Positions 17,977-27,418 are shown, counted from the stretch's first letter. The stretch: 32,000 nucleotides of DNA from Candidatus Saccharimonadota bacterium (GCA_016699935.1 CP064992.1:570001-602000), one strand, 5' to 3'. Made by a program: numbers and translations. Notes: generated from the letters alone by a model not told the origin.

Positions 17977-18143
17977 GAGCTAATAAACAGCTCCCCGTTA
18001 TAGCCGAAACTGAAGCAGTACTCATGATTTGCCATCTGTTATTTTGAACTGTGGCCATAGCTGTAGCTACGGCCCTGCTCGGAAGAACAGATGACAAGTG
18101 AGTAACCTTCAGTTTTTAGGCAACAGGGGATGTTTATTAGCTC
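17977..18143. repeat. Imperfect inverted repeat of about 167 nt (a long hairpin) between pilD and the minor-pilin genes.
   Basis: Outer arms GAGCTAATAAACAgCTCCCC / GGGGATGTTTATTAGCTC. Inner arms AAACTGAAG (18007-18015) / CTTCAGTTT (18107-18115). Near-palindromic centre ggccatagctgtagctacggcc. Confidence 0.7.
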
Positions 18144-18190
18144 TTTATCATGCTTGTGGTATACTTATCCATATGAATAGGGGTGGCAAC

Positions 18191-19034
18191 ATGCAATCTA
18201 CCCGAGGTTTTACCATTTTGAGACCCTCATTGTGCTCGCGGTGACCGCATTTTTATTCATGGCTGCGGCTATAACTATTAATGGGCGGCAGCAGAGGACT
18301 GATTTTCAGGTTGGCTCACGCGATTTGCAGCAGCAGATTCGAGATCTAGTGAACCAAACCAGGAGTGGGTATTATCCAAACAACTCAGACTTTAAATGCA
18401 CATTGAGCGCTCCAAACTTACAGATAGATTCTGGCAGTACAGAACAGGGCAAAAACAAGGATTGCATATATGCCGGGACAGCATTGGTCTTTAATCCTGC
18501 TACTGTAGAGAATGAGCGGTTCTATGCTTATCCACTTGCAGGTCGTAGGACGGTGGCTGTAGTTGGAGGGGAGAGCGTGAAGTTGAAAACCCGGGTGAAG
18601 CTTCTATTACGGCCATTGCTCATACGACGGCTGCCCCAAATAATACCGCGCCGCAAGTTACGCCTCGGCGACTTCCGGGGGCTAACCTATGTTGGTGGAC
18701 GCAACCAGGAGCGCCCAGCTTTACTACCACAAGTAGGTTTGCGTTTACGTTCATGAGCAGTTTTGCTAACTTTGTTTCAGTTGCAGGTACTTCGTCTGGA
18801 GCACAAAGCCTTGAGCTGAGGAGATTTACAAGTACGTGGCCTAATGCTGCGGTCAATGACAATGCAGAAGCTATCAACGCCGAAGCACAACGGCCCACCC
18901 CTTACGGAACACCAGTTAATCAAGGTGTTGAACTCTGTTTTCGCAGCTCGGGGACAAGGCAGTCTGTATCTATACTTATTTCGAATGGTCTTGAGGTGAC
19001 AAGTCGTGTGTTTAACGGAGTGGCATGTTTATGA
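18191..19034 (+). CDS. Prepilin-type minor pilin 1.
   Basis: MQSTRG|FTI(F)ETLIVLAVTAFLFMAAA once the T-run 18216-18219 is lengthened by one. Continues through ORFs 18232-18756 and 18753-19034. Confidence 0.6.
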
Positions 19035-19442
19035 TACACCTGACAGCCCTGAAGGGAAGACAACGTGGGGATACGATTATCGAGGTGCTTATAGCATCAG
19101 CCATAGCAAGTCTTGTCTTGACGTCTGCGTACGCGTTGACCAATAAGAATGTTGGAGCCATACAGGAAGCGCAAGAACAAAGTGTTGCACAAAAACTCGT
19201 AGAGCAGCAAGTAGAGCTTCTCCGTGCTGCCAGTGCGGCTCCGGTAGATGCGGGTTGCTATAGTGGTGCTACGTACGTCCTAACACCGAATTCTGCATGC
19301 AACGTTACGAACGGAGGTGCGCAATACCAAATCCAGATTACTCCGCCCAGTGGCGGTAGTGTTTTCACCATTCAAAGCACAATGGATCACCTTGAGTGGT
19401 AAAACGAGTTCGGTTAGAGTGGTTTATAGCAGGGCATCGTAA
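19025..19442 (+). CDS. Pilin-like minor pilin 2.
   Basis: ..RG|DTIIEVLIASAIASLVL... A corrected C-terminus ..QWITLSGKTSSVRVVYSRAS* ends at 19442. Confidence 0.5.
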
Positions 19443-19443
19443 T

Positions 19444-20112
19444 ATGAAGAAAATTTTGCCCTTGCGCTCACAATCAGGTTTTACCATTACAGAGCTGATG
19501 ATTTCATCATTAGCATTTGCGGCTCTCTTACTTTTGTTATCTTACGGTGTAATATCGTTTTCGAATAGGTATTACCGGGGTAAATGTTGCTCTTACCCAG
19601 GGGGTGACTCGCTCGGTTATCGACACAATTAGTCAATCAATTCAACTTGGCAGTGCACAGATTACGCCCACAGACTCATCAAGGAATTTCTTTTGTGCTG
19701 GGGTTATTTCTTCATATACAATAACGCTGGACAAATGTTTATGGGCGATACTGCTACCCAGACCGGTCTGTATATGACTCCTATGCTATCTGATGTTTGT
19801 TCGTTGCCGCCAGTTATCCCAACCGCTACGGGTAAGCAACTGCTCGCTGAGCGGATTCGGATCAGTAGATTATCGGTTCAACCTTCAGCTACGCCAGATA
19901 GCTTCGTCGTTGATGTAGTGCTTGCTTTTGGAGATAGAGACTTGATATGTGCTCCCACAACGCACTCAGGTAGCTGCGCTGAAGGTGCAACAGACCTCCT
20001 CGACGCACAGCTTGCTAACGCGCCAGACGCCCAATGCAAGCTCAACAGCGGCAACCAATATTGTGCTGTCTCGAAGCTAACAACAACAGTTCAAAGAAGA
20101 GTAGCGAACTAA
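19444..20112 (+). CDS. Prepilin-type minor pilin 3.
   Basis: MKKILPLRSQSG|FTITELMISSLAFAALLLL. Joined to ORF 19693-20112 across frame breaks. Confidence 0.55.
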
Positions 20113-20140
20113 CAAGGTTTACAGTACAATGGTAATAAGT

Positions 20141-21197
20141 ATGAGCAGAAAGATAAGTAAACCAAAGCGGACTCGTATCTTTTATGGTGACCATGATACT
20201 GACCTTAGTGATTACGCTCGTGGTCATGGGCTTTACGCAAGTCGCAAATAGAAACCGTCGGGAAGCGCTTGATCGTCAGCTAAGTACACAGGCATTTTAT
20301 GCTGCAGAATCTGGAGTGAATAGTGCAATTGATATAATTAAAAATCGTCAGACGGCGGGGCTCGCGGTTCAGCCACAAGACGATTGCAACACAGGCCCAT
20401 ACACCGTAAATCCTGTTCTTAGCACGAGTCCTCGGGTAGAGTATACCTGTGTTTTTGTGAGTACTACTGTTCCGGATTTAGTCGTAGATCCTTCTACTAC
20501 ATCAGCGATTGTTATTCCGATAGACCTAACCGATAAGCAAGGCGGAGCGTTGCCTCCAGCGACTTCGGTTGACATTGAGTTTGAATGGACCGTCGCAGAA
20601 GGCGCGAGTACAGACCCAACGGACTGTCCATCTTATTTGAGTTTTCCTGCTAACAACGCCGCTAACCAGTGCGGCTATGGGCTTCTCAGATTTGATCTTA
20701 TGCAAATGACTGCATTTAATAGTGCTGCTTCAGCGGCAAATATAACCAAAACGTTTTTCATGCAGCCGGTCATTTCCACGCCGGGCAATCGGGTAGGTAT
20801 AACTAATTTTGGTGATCCGAAAGGACATATTGTTCCAGCGAGCTGTACTGCGGCTACGCAATCATGTAAGGCGGTTATTCGTGTATCTGTAAATGCCATG
20901 ACGCCGCTTTTACACTGCACGCATCAGCACCCTCTATCGTGATAGTCCACGATTGGTGATTGACGCCAGGACGGCGTCGGGTTCGAATGCCTGGTTTAGC
21001 AAGGCTCAAGCGACCATAGATGTTACCGGTAAAGCTCAGGATGTCTTGCGTCGCGTGAAAGTGCGTGTGCCGTTGCACGATCGAGGTGGCAAAAACGTTC
21101 CTCTGGGGGCATACACTCAGTATCGAGTGTTTGTAAGCGTTTTACGGCGTCAGCAGTCACTCCCTACACACCTGAAGACCCCACAACGTGCCCATAG
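20141..21197 (+). CDS. PilX-like pilus assembly protein or minor pilin.
   Basis: N-terminal TM segment followed by ALDRQLSTQAFYAAESGVNSAI (PilX N-terminal pattern). Joined through 20184-20942 and 20953 onward to a stop at 21195-21197. Confidence 0.5.
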
Positions 21198-21243
21198 CAA
21201 GTTTTTGAGATCGCAGGTAGCTCTCAATTATCTTGGAAGTGGG

Positions 21244-22151
21244 CTACTTGTGGTGGAATTTTTCGTGTACAGCTTTCAGGTGCGGGTCGGTGACGTGGGT
21301 GTATATCTGCGTAGTTGAGATATTACTGTGACCCAGCATGGCCTGGACAGAGCGGAGGTCGGCGCCGTTCATCAGTAAATTCGTCGCAAAACTATGCCGC
21401 ATCGTGTGGGGCTGACGTGCTTGGTAATACCAGCCAGCAAGGCATAGTGCGCAACCAGTCGCTGGATGCTCCGCGCCGTTAAGCGGTGAAAATTCCCACT
21501 ACGGTCAACCGTTTTTCGGCCGCTGTAGCGCATAAATAATGGTTTGGTGGTGTCGGTTCGCTTGTCGAGGTACTGCTGTAGCCACTCGGCAGTTTCCAAG
21601 CTGATAAAGATCGGGCGATCTTTTTGACCCTTACCGCGCACCATGAATTCTCGTCGCTTGAGGTTAATATGGTCGCGGTCGAGCCCAACTAGCTCTGATA
21701 CGCGTAATCCGGAGCTGAATAGTAGCTCTAGGATGGCACGGTCGCGCAGGCCGGCTACAGTGTTTGTATCTGGCTGGTCAAATATGCGCTGCAGCTCTTC
21801 CTCATTCAGGAAGGTTACCTGGGGTCGTTTCGTCCGGGATAGCTCTATGGTATCTGGTGCCATACACTTCATTCCGCGTTTGTGGCAGAACTTCAAGAAG
21901 CTGCGAAGAGCAATGAGGTGGTAGTTGAGGGTGCTTTTCTGTAACTCATCATGAACATTTGTTCCGAGTCGGTTGAGCCAGAGCCGCCACTTGCGCACAA
22001 GCTCTTGGTCGATATCTTCGACAGCTAAGTCGCCACCGTAATCAACGAGCCGGGTGAGGTAATGGTCATAATTGCGAATCGTTTTTTGGGAGCGGTTTTG
22101 CTCTATTTCGAGATATTCGAGAAAATCTGTCTTGGCTTTCGTAAACTGCAT
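21244..22151 (-). CDS. Tyrosine recombinase of the XerC/XerD-like family.
   Basis: The N-terminal SAM-like domain reads ..[23 protein letters not shown]... The catalytic tail [39 protein letters not shown] is restored by adding one base at the run 21408-21411. Confidence 0.8.
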
Positions 22152-22152
22152 A

Positions 22153-22208
22153 TGAATAAGTATCAAGTATCGAGTATGAAGTATCAAGTATCAAGTATCA
22201 AGTATTTC
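22153..22208. repeat. Heptanucleotide array in the divergent recombinase/ndk intergenic region.
   Basis: TGAATAA GTATCAA GTATCGA GTATGAA GTATCAA GTATCAA GTATCAA GTATTTC. Confidence 0.9.
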
Positions 22209-22274
22209 CTAACCTTCGGTTTCAATGTGTGTCTGTATCTGTTACAATGCATCTGAAAGAAAGGATGTTGTAAT

Positions 22275-22787
22275 ATGGAACAAACACTAGTTGTCTTTAA
22301 GCCAGATGCGGTGATGCGCGGTATTGTTGGTGAGATTTTGACCCGTTTTGAAAGAGCTGGTTTCAAGGTGATTGGGATGAAAATGGTGCAGCCCGATTAT
22401 GAACACTTCCATGGGCATTACGAGGGAATTGGTACGCTTAAAACTCGCAAAGGAGCTGAGATATTTGAAAGCCAGCTTGCAGCCATGCAAGTTGGTCCGG
22501 TGATTGCCATGGTGCTGGAAGGGGTAGAATCAGTTGAGTTTGTTCGGAAAATGGTTGGCGATACCCAGCCAAAGACCGCACTCCCTGGTACGATACGCGG
22601 CGATTACGCCCATGTCACCTATGGTCAGGCATCATCCGCAGGATTCGGTGTGGCCAACTTAGTGCATGCATCGGCAACCGCAGAAGAAGCAGAGAAGGAA
22701 ATTGCTCACTGGTTCAGCGAGAGCGAACTTTTTGCGTATGAAACTGTGCACGAATTCTTCACGCAGCCTCGGAAAAAGGCCAAATAA
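22275..22787 (+). CDS. ndk: Nucleoside diphosphate kinase.
   Basis: LVVFKPDAV.RG.VGEI..RFE..GFK; GTIRGDYA; NLVHAS. Confidence 0.9.
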   Translation: MEQTLVVFKPDAVMRGIVGEILTRFERAGFKVIGMKMVQPDYEHFHGHYEGIGTLKTRKGAEIFESQLAAMQVGPVIAMVLEGVESVEFVRKMVGDTQPKTALPGTIRGDYAHVTYGQASSAGFGVANLVHASATAEEAEKEIAHWFSESELFAYETVHEFFTQPRKKAK

Positions 22788-22800
22788 CACCTTAAAATCT

Positions 22801-22817
22801 GAGCACTTTTTGTGCTC
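22801..22817 (+). terminator. Hairpin after ndk.
   Basis: GAGCAC-TTTTT-GTGCTC; weak tail. Confidence 0.4.
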
Positions 22818-22822
22818 ACTAT

Positions 22823-22856
22823 GTCCCGATAGTTCAACGGATAGAATAACTCCGTC
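22823..22856 (+). pseudogene. Exact copy of the first 34 nt of tRNA-Arg(CCT), from the 5' end into the anticodon loop.
   Basis: 34/34 identity with 23069-23102. The sequences diverge after ..ACTCCGTC. Confidence 0.9.
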
Positions 22857-23068
22857 AAATTTACCCCATGAAATCTAGTGATTTCATGGGGACCCCATTA
22901 ACAGACCGGGAAGGTGAGACTCGCCTGCTAAGCGAGTCTCAGGGGAATCTTCCGTGTCAAGCTATGCCTGACGCCACGCAAGTACCGGGGCCGCCGAAGC
23001 CAAACGAGCCCTTCTCTAAAGAATTCGAGATGTTATGTCGAGTTCGGGTTATGGTAAGATTATCTCGT
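22857..23068 (+). other. Hairpin-rich spacer between the tRNA-Arg fragment and the intact gene; candidate structured RNA.
   Basis: Perfect 12-bp hairpin at 22864-22891. Hairpin GAGACTCGC-CTGCTAA-GCGAGTCTC at 22916-22940, enclosed by CGGGAAG/CTTCCG. Hairpin GTCAAGC-TAT-GCCTGAC at 22956-22972. TGgTAAGAT, an extended -10, lies 8 nt before the tRNA. Confidence 0.5.
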
Positions 23069-23143
23069 GTCCCGATAGTTCAACGGATAGAATAACTCCG
23101 TCCTAAGGAGCAGATGTTGGTTCGATTCCAGCTCGGGATACCA
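23069..23143 (+). tRNA. tRNA-Arg(CCT)
   Basis: Manual cloverleaf: acceptor GTCCCGA/TCGGGAT, D arm GTTC..GAAT, anticodon loop GTCCTAA, T arm GTTGG-TTCGATT-CCAGC, encoded CCA. Confidence 0.85.
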
Positions 23144-23154
23144 AACGACACACT

Positions 23155-24065
23155 ATGAATATGAAACCGTATGATGTTATAGCATTTGGGGGCTGTTACC
23201 TCGATATCAATACAGTTGGTTTGCCATTTGCTGGTCGTGGTATACCTGTCGAAAAAGAGATTCGCGGTAAAGATTATGAGGTTTTGCCTGGTGGCTCCGG
23301 TATAAATTTTGTCCGAAGGCTAAAACTGTTTGGGCTACAGGGTTTATTCATTGGAATGAAGGGTGATGACGCAGCGGGCACGTTGATTGAACAGCTTCTT
23401 GTCGAAGAAAATATACAAGTATGCCTTTTGCCTGCAATGGGTAGTCGGACGAATATCGGGCTGAATATGGTAGGTGAGCGAGGTGATCATGTGGTGTTTA
23501 GCTTAGGGAATGCAAACCAGGCATTGTCGAGCAAGTTACTTCTGCCCGAGCTCGCCAAAGAAGTAACGGATAAAACATTCTTGTATATGGGTACGTTGTA
23601 TAAGCTTGATGGCTTGCGCCTGACTTTGGAGCGGTTATTGCACTTGCAAAACGGCAAGGCGCAATGACGGTGGTAGATCATGGTAGGATTACGCCCGGCG
23701 TACCCTGAACGATTTCGGCAAGTTCGAAATGTCGTTCTGGCGGCGGATTATTATTTACCGAGTAAGGCTGAGTTTCTCGAGACTTGGGAGGTGAGCAGTG
23801 TCGAAGAGGGCTTCGACTGCTGCAAAAATGGCACCGCAGCTCGTGACAATCGTAAAGATGGTTCCCGCGGAGCGCACTATCTCGTGGAAGGCTCCTTCAA
23901 AACCGTCCCGGCCGTAGAGGGCATACATTCTGGCAATGTTACCGGTGCGGGAGATACCTTTAACGCGGGCTTCATAGCTGCTATGAAGCAGGGTCAATCA
24001 TTGCAATTAGCAATCAAAACGGTTGTGAAATAGCCGCGACTCATATTACAAAACCACTACGCTAG
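23155..24065 (+). CDS. PfkB-family carbohydrate kinase.
   Basis: GG..LD, PGGSG.NF and the signature NVTGAGDTFNAGF. Frame breaks near 23665 and at the A-run near 24017; the corrected stop is at 24063-24065. Confidence 0.7.
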
Positions 24066-24090
24066 AAGGGAAATCTGGTACAATACGCTT

Positions 24091-24663
24091 ATGGCCAAGG
24101 AAAAACTGGCAAGGTTGACAGCCGGAGGTCGGCCCAAATATTTTGAAGACCAGATGGACGACGAGGAAGTGCTTTACGTGTTTCGAAGCACCCCATCGTG
24201 ATGCGCAAAGGACTTATTGTCGGGTCGCTAGGTTTGCTGGTCGGTCCGCTATACACGCTCATACTGACATACACTCAGCCCAACGACCCACCAAGCATGA
24301 CATTCTTTTACGCCAGCTTTTTAGTAAGTGTCGCGGTGAGCGCGCTCCTGTTTTTCCCTTCATGGATGAGTTGGTATTTTAGCGTCTTTATCGTGACAAA
24401 CGAGCGGTTTATACAGATAACGCAAAAGGTTTTTTCCATCGGGTGTCGTCGATATGGGTCTCAGCCAGATACAGATGGTCAATTATGAGGTGAAAGGCCT
24501 CCAAGAAACCCTTCTAGGGTATGGTACTATAATGATGCAAACATTTGTGGGAGACCTGCTGATTCACTACATACACCACCCAGCAAAAACCCAGAAACAT
24601 TTGCTCGAAATATTGCGCAAAGAAGGGGTGGAGGCGGCCGGTATGCCGCAGCACGAGGTATAA
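24091..24663 (+). CDS. Bacterial PH-domain (YdbT/DUF304-like) membrane protein.
   Basis: ..EEVLYVFR.HP.., two TM segments, ..FSVFIVTNERFIQITQK.., ..TIMMQTFVGDLLIHYIHHP... Three ORF pieces are joined. Confidence 0.55.
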
Positions 24664-24670
24664 CATTGAG

Positions 24671-25798
24671 ATGAAAAAGCTATCACTTAAGAAAAAAGGA
24701 CGTTCTGAGCGCACGAAGAGAGTTCGTGCCATTGTGCCTCAGGTGGCCCAGAGATTTCGCAAACCATCACTCCAGCAGCAAACCGAAGCTGCGCTAAGTA
24801 ATGTTCCTCGTATCACGAACGAGACGGTCGCTGAACATAGAGAAGAGGTACTCAAGGGCGCGCGTAAGTACAAATACCCACTTGAGCACTCAAAGCGCCG
24901 TATCATCATAGTTTCATCCGCCTTGCTGGTGACGGCACTCATCGGGTTTTTTGTGTATACGGGTTTAAGCCTGTATCGTTATCAGTCGACCTCGTTGTTT
25001 ATGTATCGGGTAACTCAGATTCTTCCGTTTCCGGCTGCAAAAGCGGGTGGACGGTGGGTGTCATATGAAAGTTATCTCTTTGAGCTAAGGCGCGTGATGC
25101 ACTACTATGAGACTCAGCAGCAGGTAGACTTTACAAGCGAATCTGGCAAGCGCCAGCTGGAAACGTATCGGCCACGAGCCCTACAGCAAGTTATTAGCTT
25201 TGCGTACGTCAAAGATTTGGCCGCTCAGAACAACATTAGAGTTACTCAGCAGGAAATAACCGATGCTGTTAATATCCTACGTACGCAAAATCAACTCGCT
25301 GCTGGAGATGATGAGCTTGAGGCGGTTATGCAGAAATTTTTTGGGTGGTCTCTGGGCGATTTACGGCGGCAACTAAAAGACGAACTGCTTGCACAAAAGG
25401 TAGCTGCGAAGCTTGACAAACCTGCCTTTGCGAAAGCGCAAAATGTTATTGTGCAATTGAACGGTGGAGCAGATTTTGTGGCTTTGGCTGCTCAGGCATC
25501 TGACGACGTGAATACAAAATCAAACGGAGGCCAATACAATGACACGGCTATCACCATGAAGAGCCAAGAAGTCCCACCCCAAATCGTGCGCGAACTCGGC
25601 AAACTTCAGCCGGGAACGGTTTCGGGGATCATTACAACACCAACTTCGTTTGAAGTCGTGAAGCTGCTCGGTAAAGAGAACGGAACGTATAAAGCAGCTC
25701 ATATACAGATAACGTTTTCGCCTATAGAATCGTTCATCCAACCATTGGAGAAAAAGAATCCGCCGAAGAAGTTTATTTCTGTTGAGCTCCCGAAATAG
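24671..25798 (+). CDS. Membrane-anchored PpiC/parvulin-type peptidyl-prolyl isomerase with a SurA-like N-domain.
   Basis: 375 aa. N-terminal TM segment. ..GGADFVALAAQASDDVNTKSNGGQY.. resembles the parvulin motif region. Confidence 0.55.
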   Translation: MKKLSLKKKGRSERTKRVRAIVPQVAQRFRKPSLQQQTEAALSNVPRITNETVAEHREEVLKGARKYKYPLEHSKRRIIIVSSALLVTALIGFFVYTGLSLYRYQSTSLFMYRVTQILPFPAAKAGGRWVSYESYLFELRRVMHYYETQQQVDFTSESGKRQLETYRPRALQQVISFAYVKDLAAQNNIRVTQQEITDAVNILRTQNQLAAGDDELEAVMQKFFGWSLGDLRRQLKDELLAQKVAAKLDKPAFAKAQNVIVQLNGGADFVALAAQASDDVNTKSNGGQYNDTAITMKSQEVPPQIVRELGKLQPGTVSGIITTPTSFEVVKLLGKENGTYKAAHIQITFSPIESFIQPLEKKNPPKKFISVELPK

Positions 25799-26193
25799 TT
25801 GCATTTTTATTGTTTGCTTGGTAAACTGACCTCTGTTATCCTATTGAGGCAAACAGTGTTGTTCTCGATGGTCGTTGAGGAACCTACTCTCATTGAGCAA
25901 ATGTATAGCAGCCTTGCGGAAGACCAAATCGGGGAGAGAAATAGACCGTTAGGCTTATGAGAGGATGAGCATAGGCATTGGTCGAAGCTTTTACCGAATA
26001 GGCATAATGAGACTGAGCCGTTAGTTCCGATAAGCGACCGCAAACAAAGGGGCTTATCACGCTTCTTTTGATCTTGAGGAGATCGTCAGCTTGGCGGACG
26101 AGGAACGGAATCAAAAAGATGCTTGCATATTTCTGGCGATTGTCCTGGTCGAGCCGACCACATTAACAACTAGTTTGATACAATGTACAGCAT

Positions 26194-26259
26194 GCGCCCG
26201 TAGTGAAGAGGCCTATCACGCCTCCCTGTCCTGTCACGGAGGAGATCGCCGGTTCGAAC
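26194..26259 (+). pseudogene. tRNA-Asp(GTC)-like sequence with a 12-nt anticodon loop and no canonical T arm or acceptor 3' strand.
   Basis: GCGCCCG TA GTGA AGAGGCCTA TCAC G CCTCC CTGTC|CTGTC|AC GGAGG AGATC GCCGG TTCGAAC.., after which the cloverleaf is lost. TGaTACAAT, an extended -10 (26176-26184), lies 9 nt upstream. The hairpin CCCCAG..CTGGGG plus TTTTT lies at 26293-26321. Confidence 0.6.
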
Positions 26260-26752
26260 GGTCAGATCGCCGGCGTACGCCAGGAGTAAAAACCCCAGTT
26301 TAAAAACCCCCTGGGGTTTTTGGTCCGTGTCCGCCGGTTGAAACCGGCGATCAGCGAACGAACTTACAGATCGGAGTTCGTACAGGTTTGAGCGTGCAGG
26401 AGCTTGCTCCGAAAAGCGAAAATGCCATTTGAAAAACCCCGAAGACTAAAAAGTCCGCCGGTTCGTCGGGCGAAATTTTAGTGGAACTTATCGAAAAAGA
26501 TTTAGCGGAGAAGGGCGAAGCCCGTTATCCGGTTGGTTCTGTCTGCCGGGTACGGATCGGCGATAGTCCCGCCATCGCGGGACGTAATCGCCGGGGCGGA
26601 CGCCAATAAATAGCGCCAAAGAACTCGTTGCTTAGCTGCATGCGATACAACCTGGTCGTAAGGTGGCGATACATCCATTTTCCTTCTTGCGCTTTAAAAT
26701 ACCATGCCGTATACTTCGAATTACAACAGAGGTAATAAGGGAGATACTACAC

Positions 26753-27087
26753 ATGGCAAAAGTTAATCACGCAAAAGGTTTTGTGGATTTTGTTCGCGAA
26801 CAAGGAGTTGTGGGTCTAGCGGTCGGTCTAGCTATTGGTACTGCGGCTGGCGCTGCGGTCAAGGAAATTGTTGACCAGTTCATCAGTCCTATCGTGGGCT
26901 TCATCCTCGGGGGCGCTGACCTCAATGGACTTAAGTGGAATACTGGGCTTAGTCGTGGTGGCGAAGACCTGGTGTTTGGCTGGGGCGCCATCCTTGGTGC
27001 AGTTATCACACTGCTGGCTACCGCTTTTGTGGTTTATCAGATTGTCCACATGGCCAAACTCGATCGCATGGACAAGAAAAAGACTAG
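26753..27087 (+). CDS. mscL: Large-conductance mechanosensitive channel MscL.
   Basis: GFVDFVREQGVVGLAVGLAIGTAAG..IV..FISPIVG. The as-assembled ORF reads through the terminator and tRNA-Thr. One extra A in the run 27077-27081 gives ..DKKKKD*. Confidence 0.8.
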
Positions 27088-27106
27088 TTTCTTCTTCGTA
27101 AGGTAT

Positions 27107-27132
27107 AAAAGAGCCCTGAAAAGGGCTTTTTT
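27107..27132 (+). terminator. Rho-independent terminator of mscL.
   Basis: AGCCCT-GAAA-AGGGCT followed by TTTTTT. Confidence 0.7.
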
Positions 27133-27140
27133 ATACAGGG

Positions 27141-27170
27141 TTGTACACCTTGTACCGACTCGTTTATACT
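27141..27170 (+). promoter_or_regulatory. Candidate promoter of tRNA-Thr.
   Basis: TTGTAC, 18 nt, TATACT, then 9 nt to the mature 5' end. Confidence 0.55.
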
Positions 27171-27179
27171 TTACATCGT

Positions 27180-27252
27180 GCCACCTTAGCTCAGTTGGTA
27201 GAGCATCTCATTCGTAACGAGAAGGTCGCCAGTTCGATCCTGGCAGGTGGCT
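27180..27252 (+). tRNA. tRNA-Thr(CGT)
   Basis: GCCACCT TA GCTC AGTTGGTA GAGC A TCTCA TTCGTAA CGAGA AGGTC GCCAG TTCGATC CTGGC AGGTGGC T. CCA is not encoded. Confidence 0.85.
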
Positions 27253-27418
27253 CAGGCTTTGCCAGAGGCAAAGCATGTATCAATTCGCAATTTTCAGTTT
27301 TCATTTGTGGTTATTCCGGCGAAGCTGGTTTATAAAAGCAAAAGCAAAGCTTTTGCCTGTAACAATTGCTAATTGTAAATTGCTACATGATAACTGCTTT
27401 TTGCCATTTGCAAAAAGC

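Noticed and set aside
20953-21318. 121-aa plus-strand ORF, together with the 92-aa ORF at 6840-7118.
   Set aside because: The distal part of the first is the antisense shadow of the recombinase C-terminus, and its first part belongs to the PilX-like gene. The second is the shadow of the antitoxin.
22868-23095. 75-aa ORF across the tRNA-Arg spacer, together with ORFs 30731-30946 and 30765-31070 across the tRNA-Val repeats.
   Set aside because: They have no RBS, run through perfect hairpins and tRNA-derived sequence, and have an atypical composition. I treat them as non-coding.
22857-23102. A group I intron in tRNA-Arg(CCT); introns are known at this tRNA in some bacteria.
   Set aside because: The downstream copy is a complete uninterrupted tRNA with its own -10 box. 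The break points differ between the Arg, Gly and Val loci. I could not place a U-G P1 pair, a terminal G or a P7 core. The idea is kept only as a remote origin hypothesis.
25800-26660. tmRNA, RNase P RNA or a riboswitch in the roughly 950-bp non-coding stretch after the PPIase gene.
   Set aside because: There is no GAGGAAAGUCC / ACAGAA RNase P core, no tmRNA 5' GGGG..UUCGACG or tag ORF with a T arm plus CCA 3' end, and no downstream gene for a riboswitch. The minus-strand ORFs 25807-26043 and 25890-26114 have no recognisable motif.
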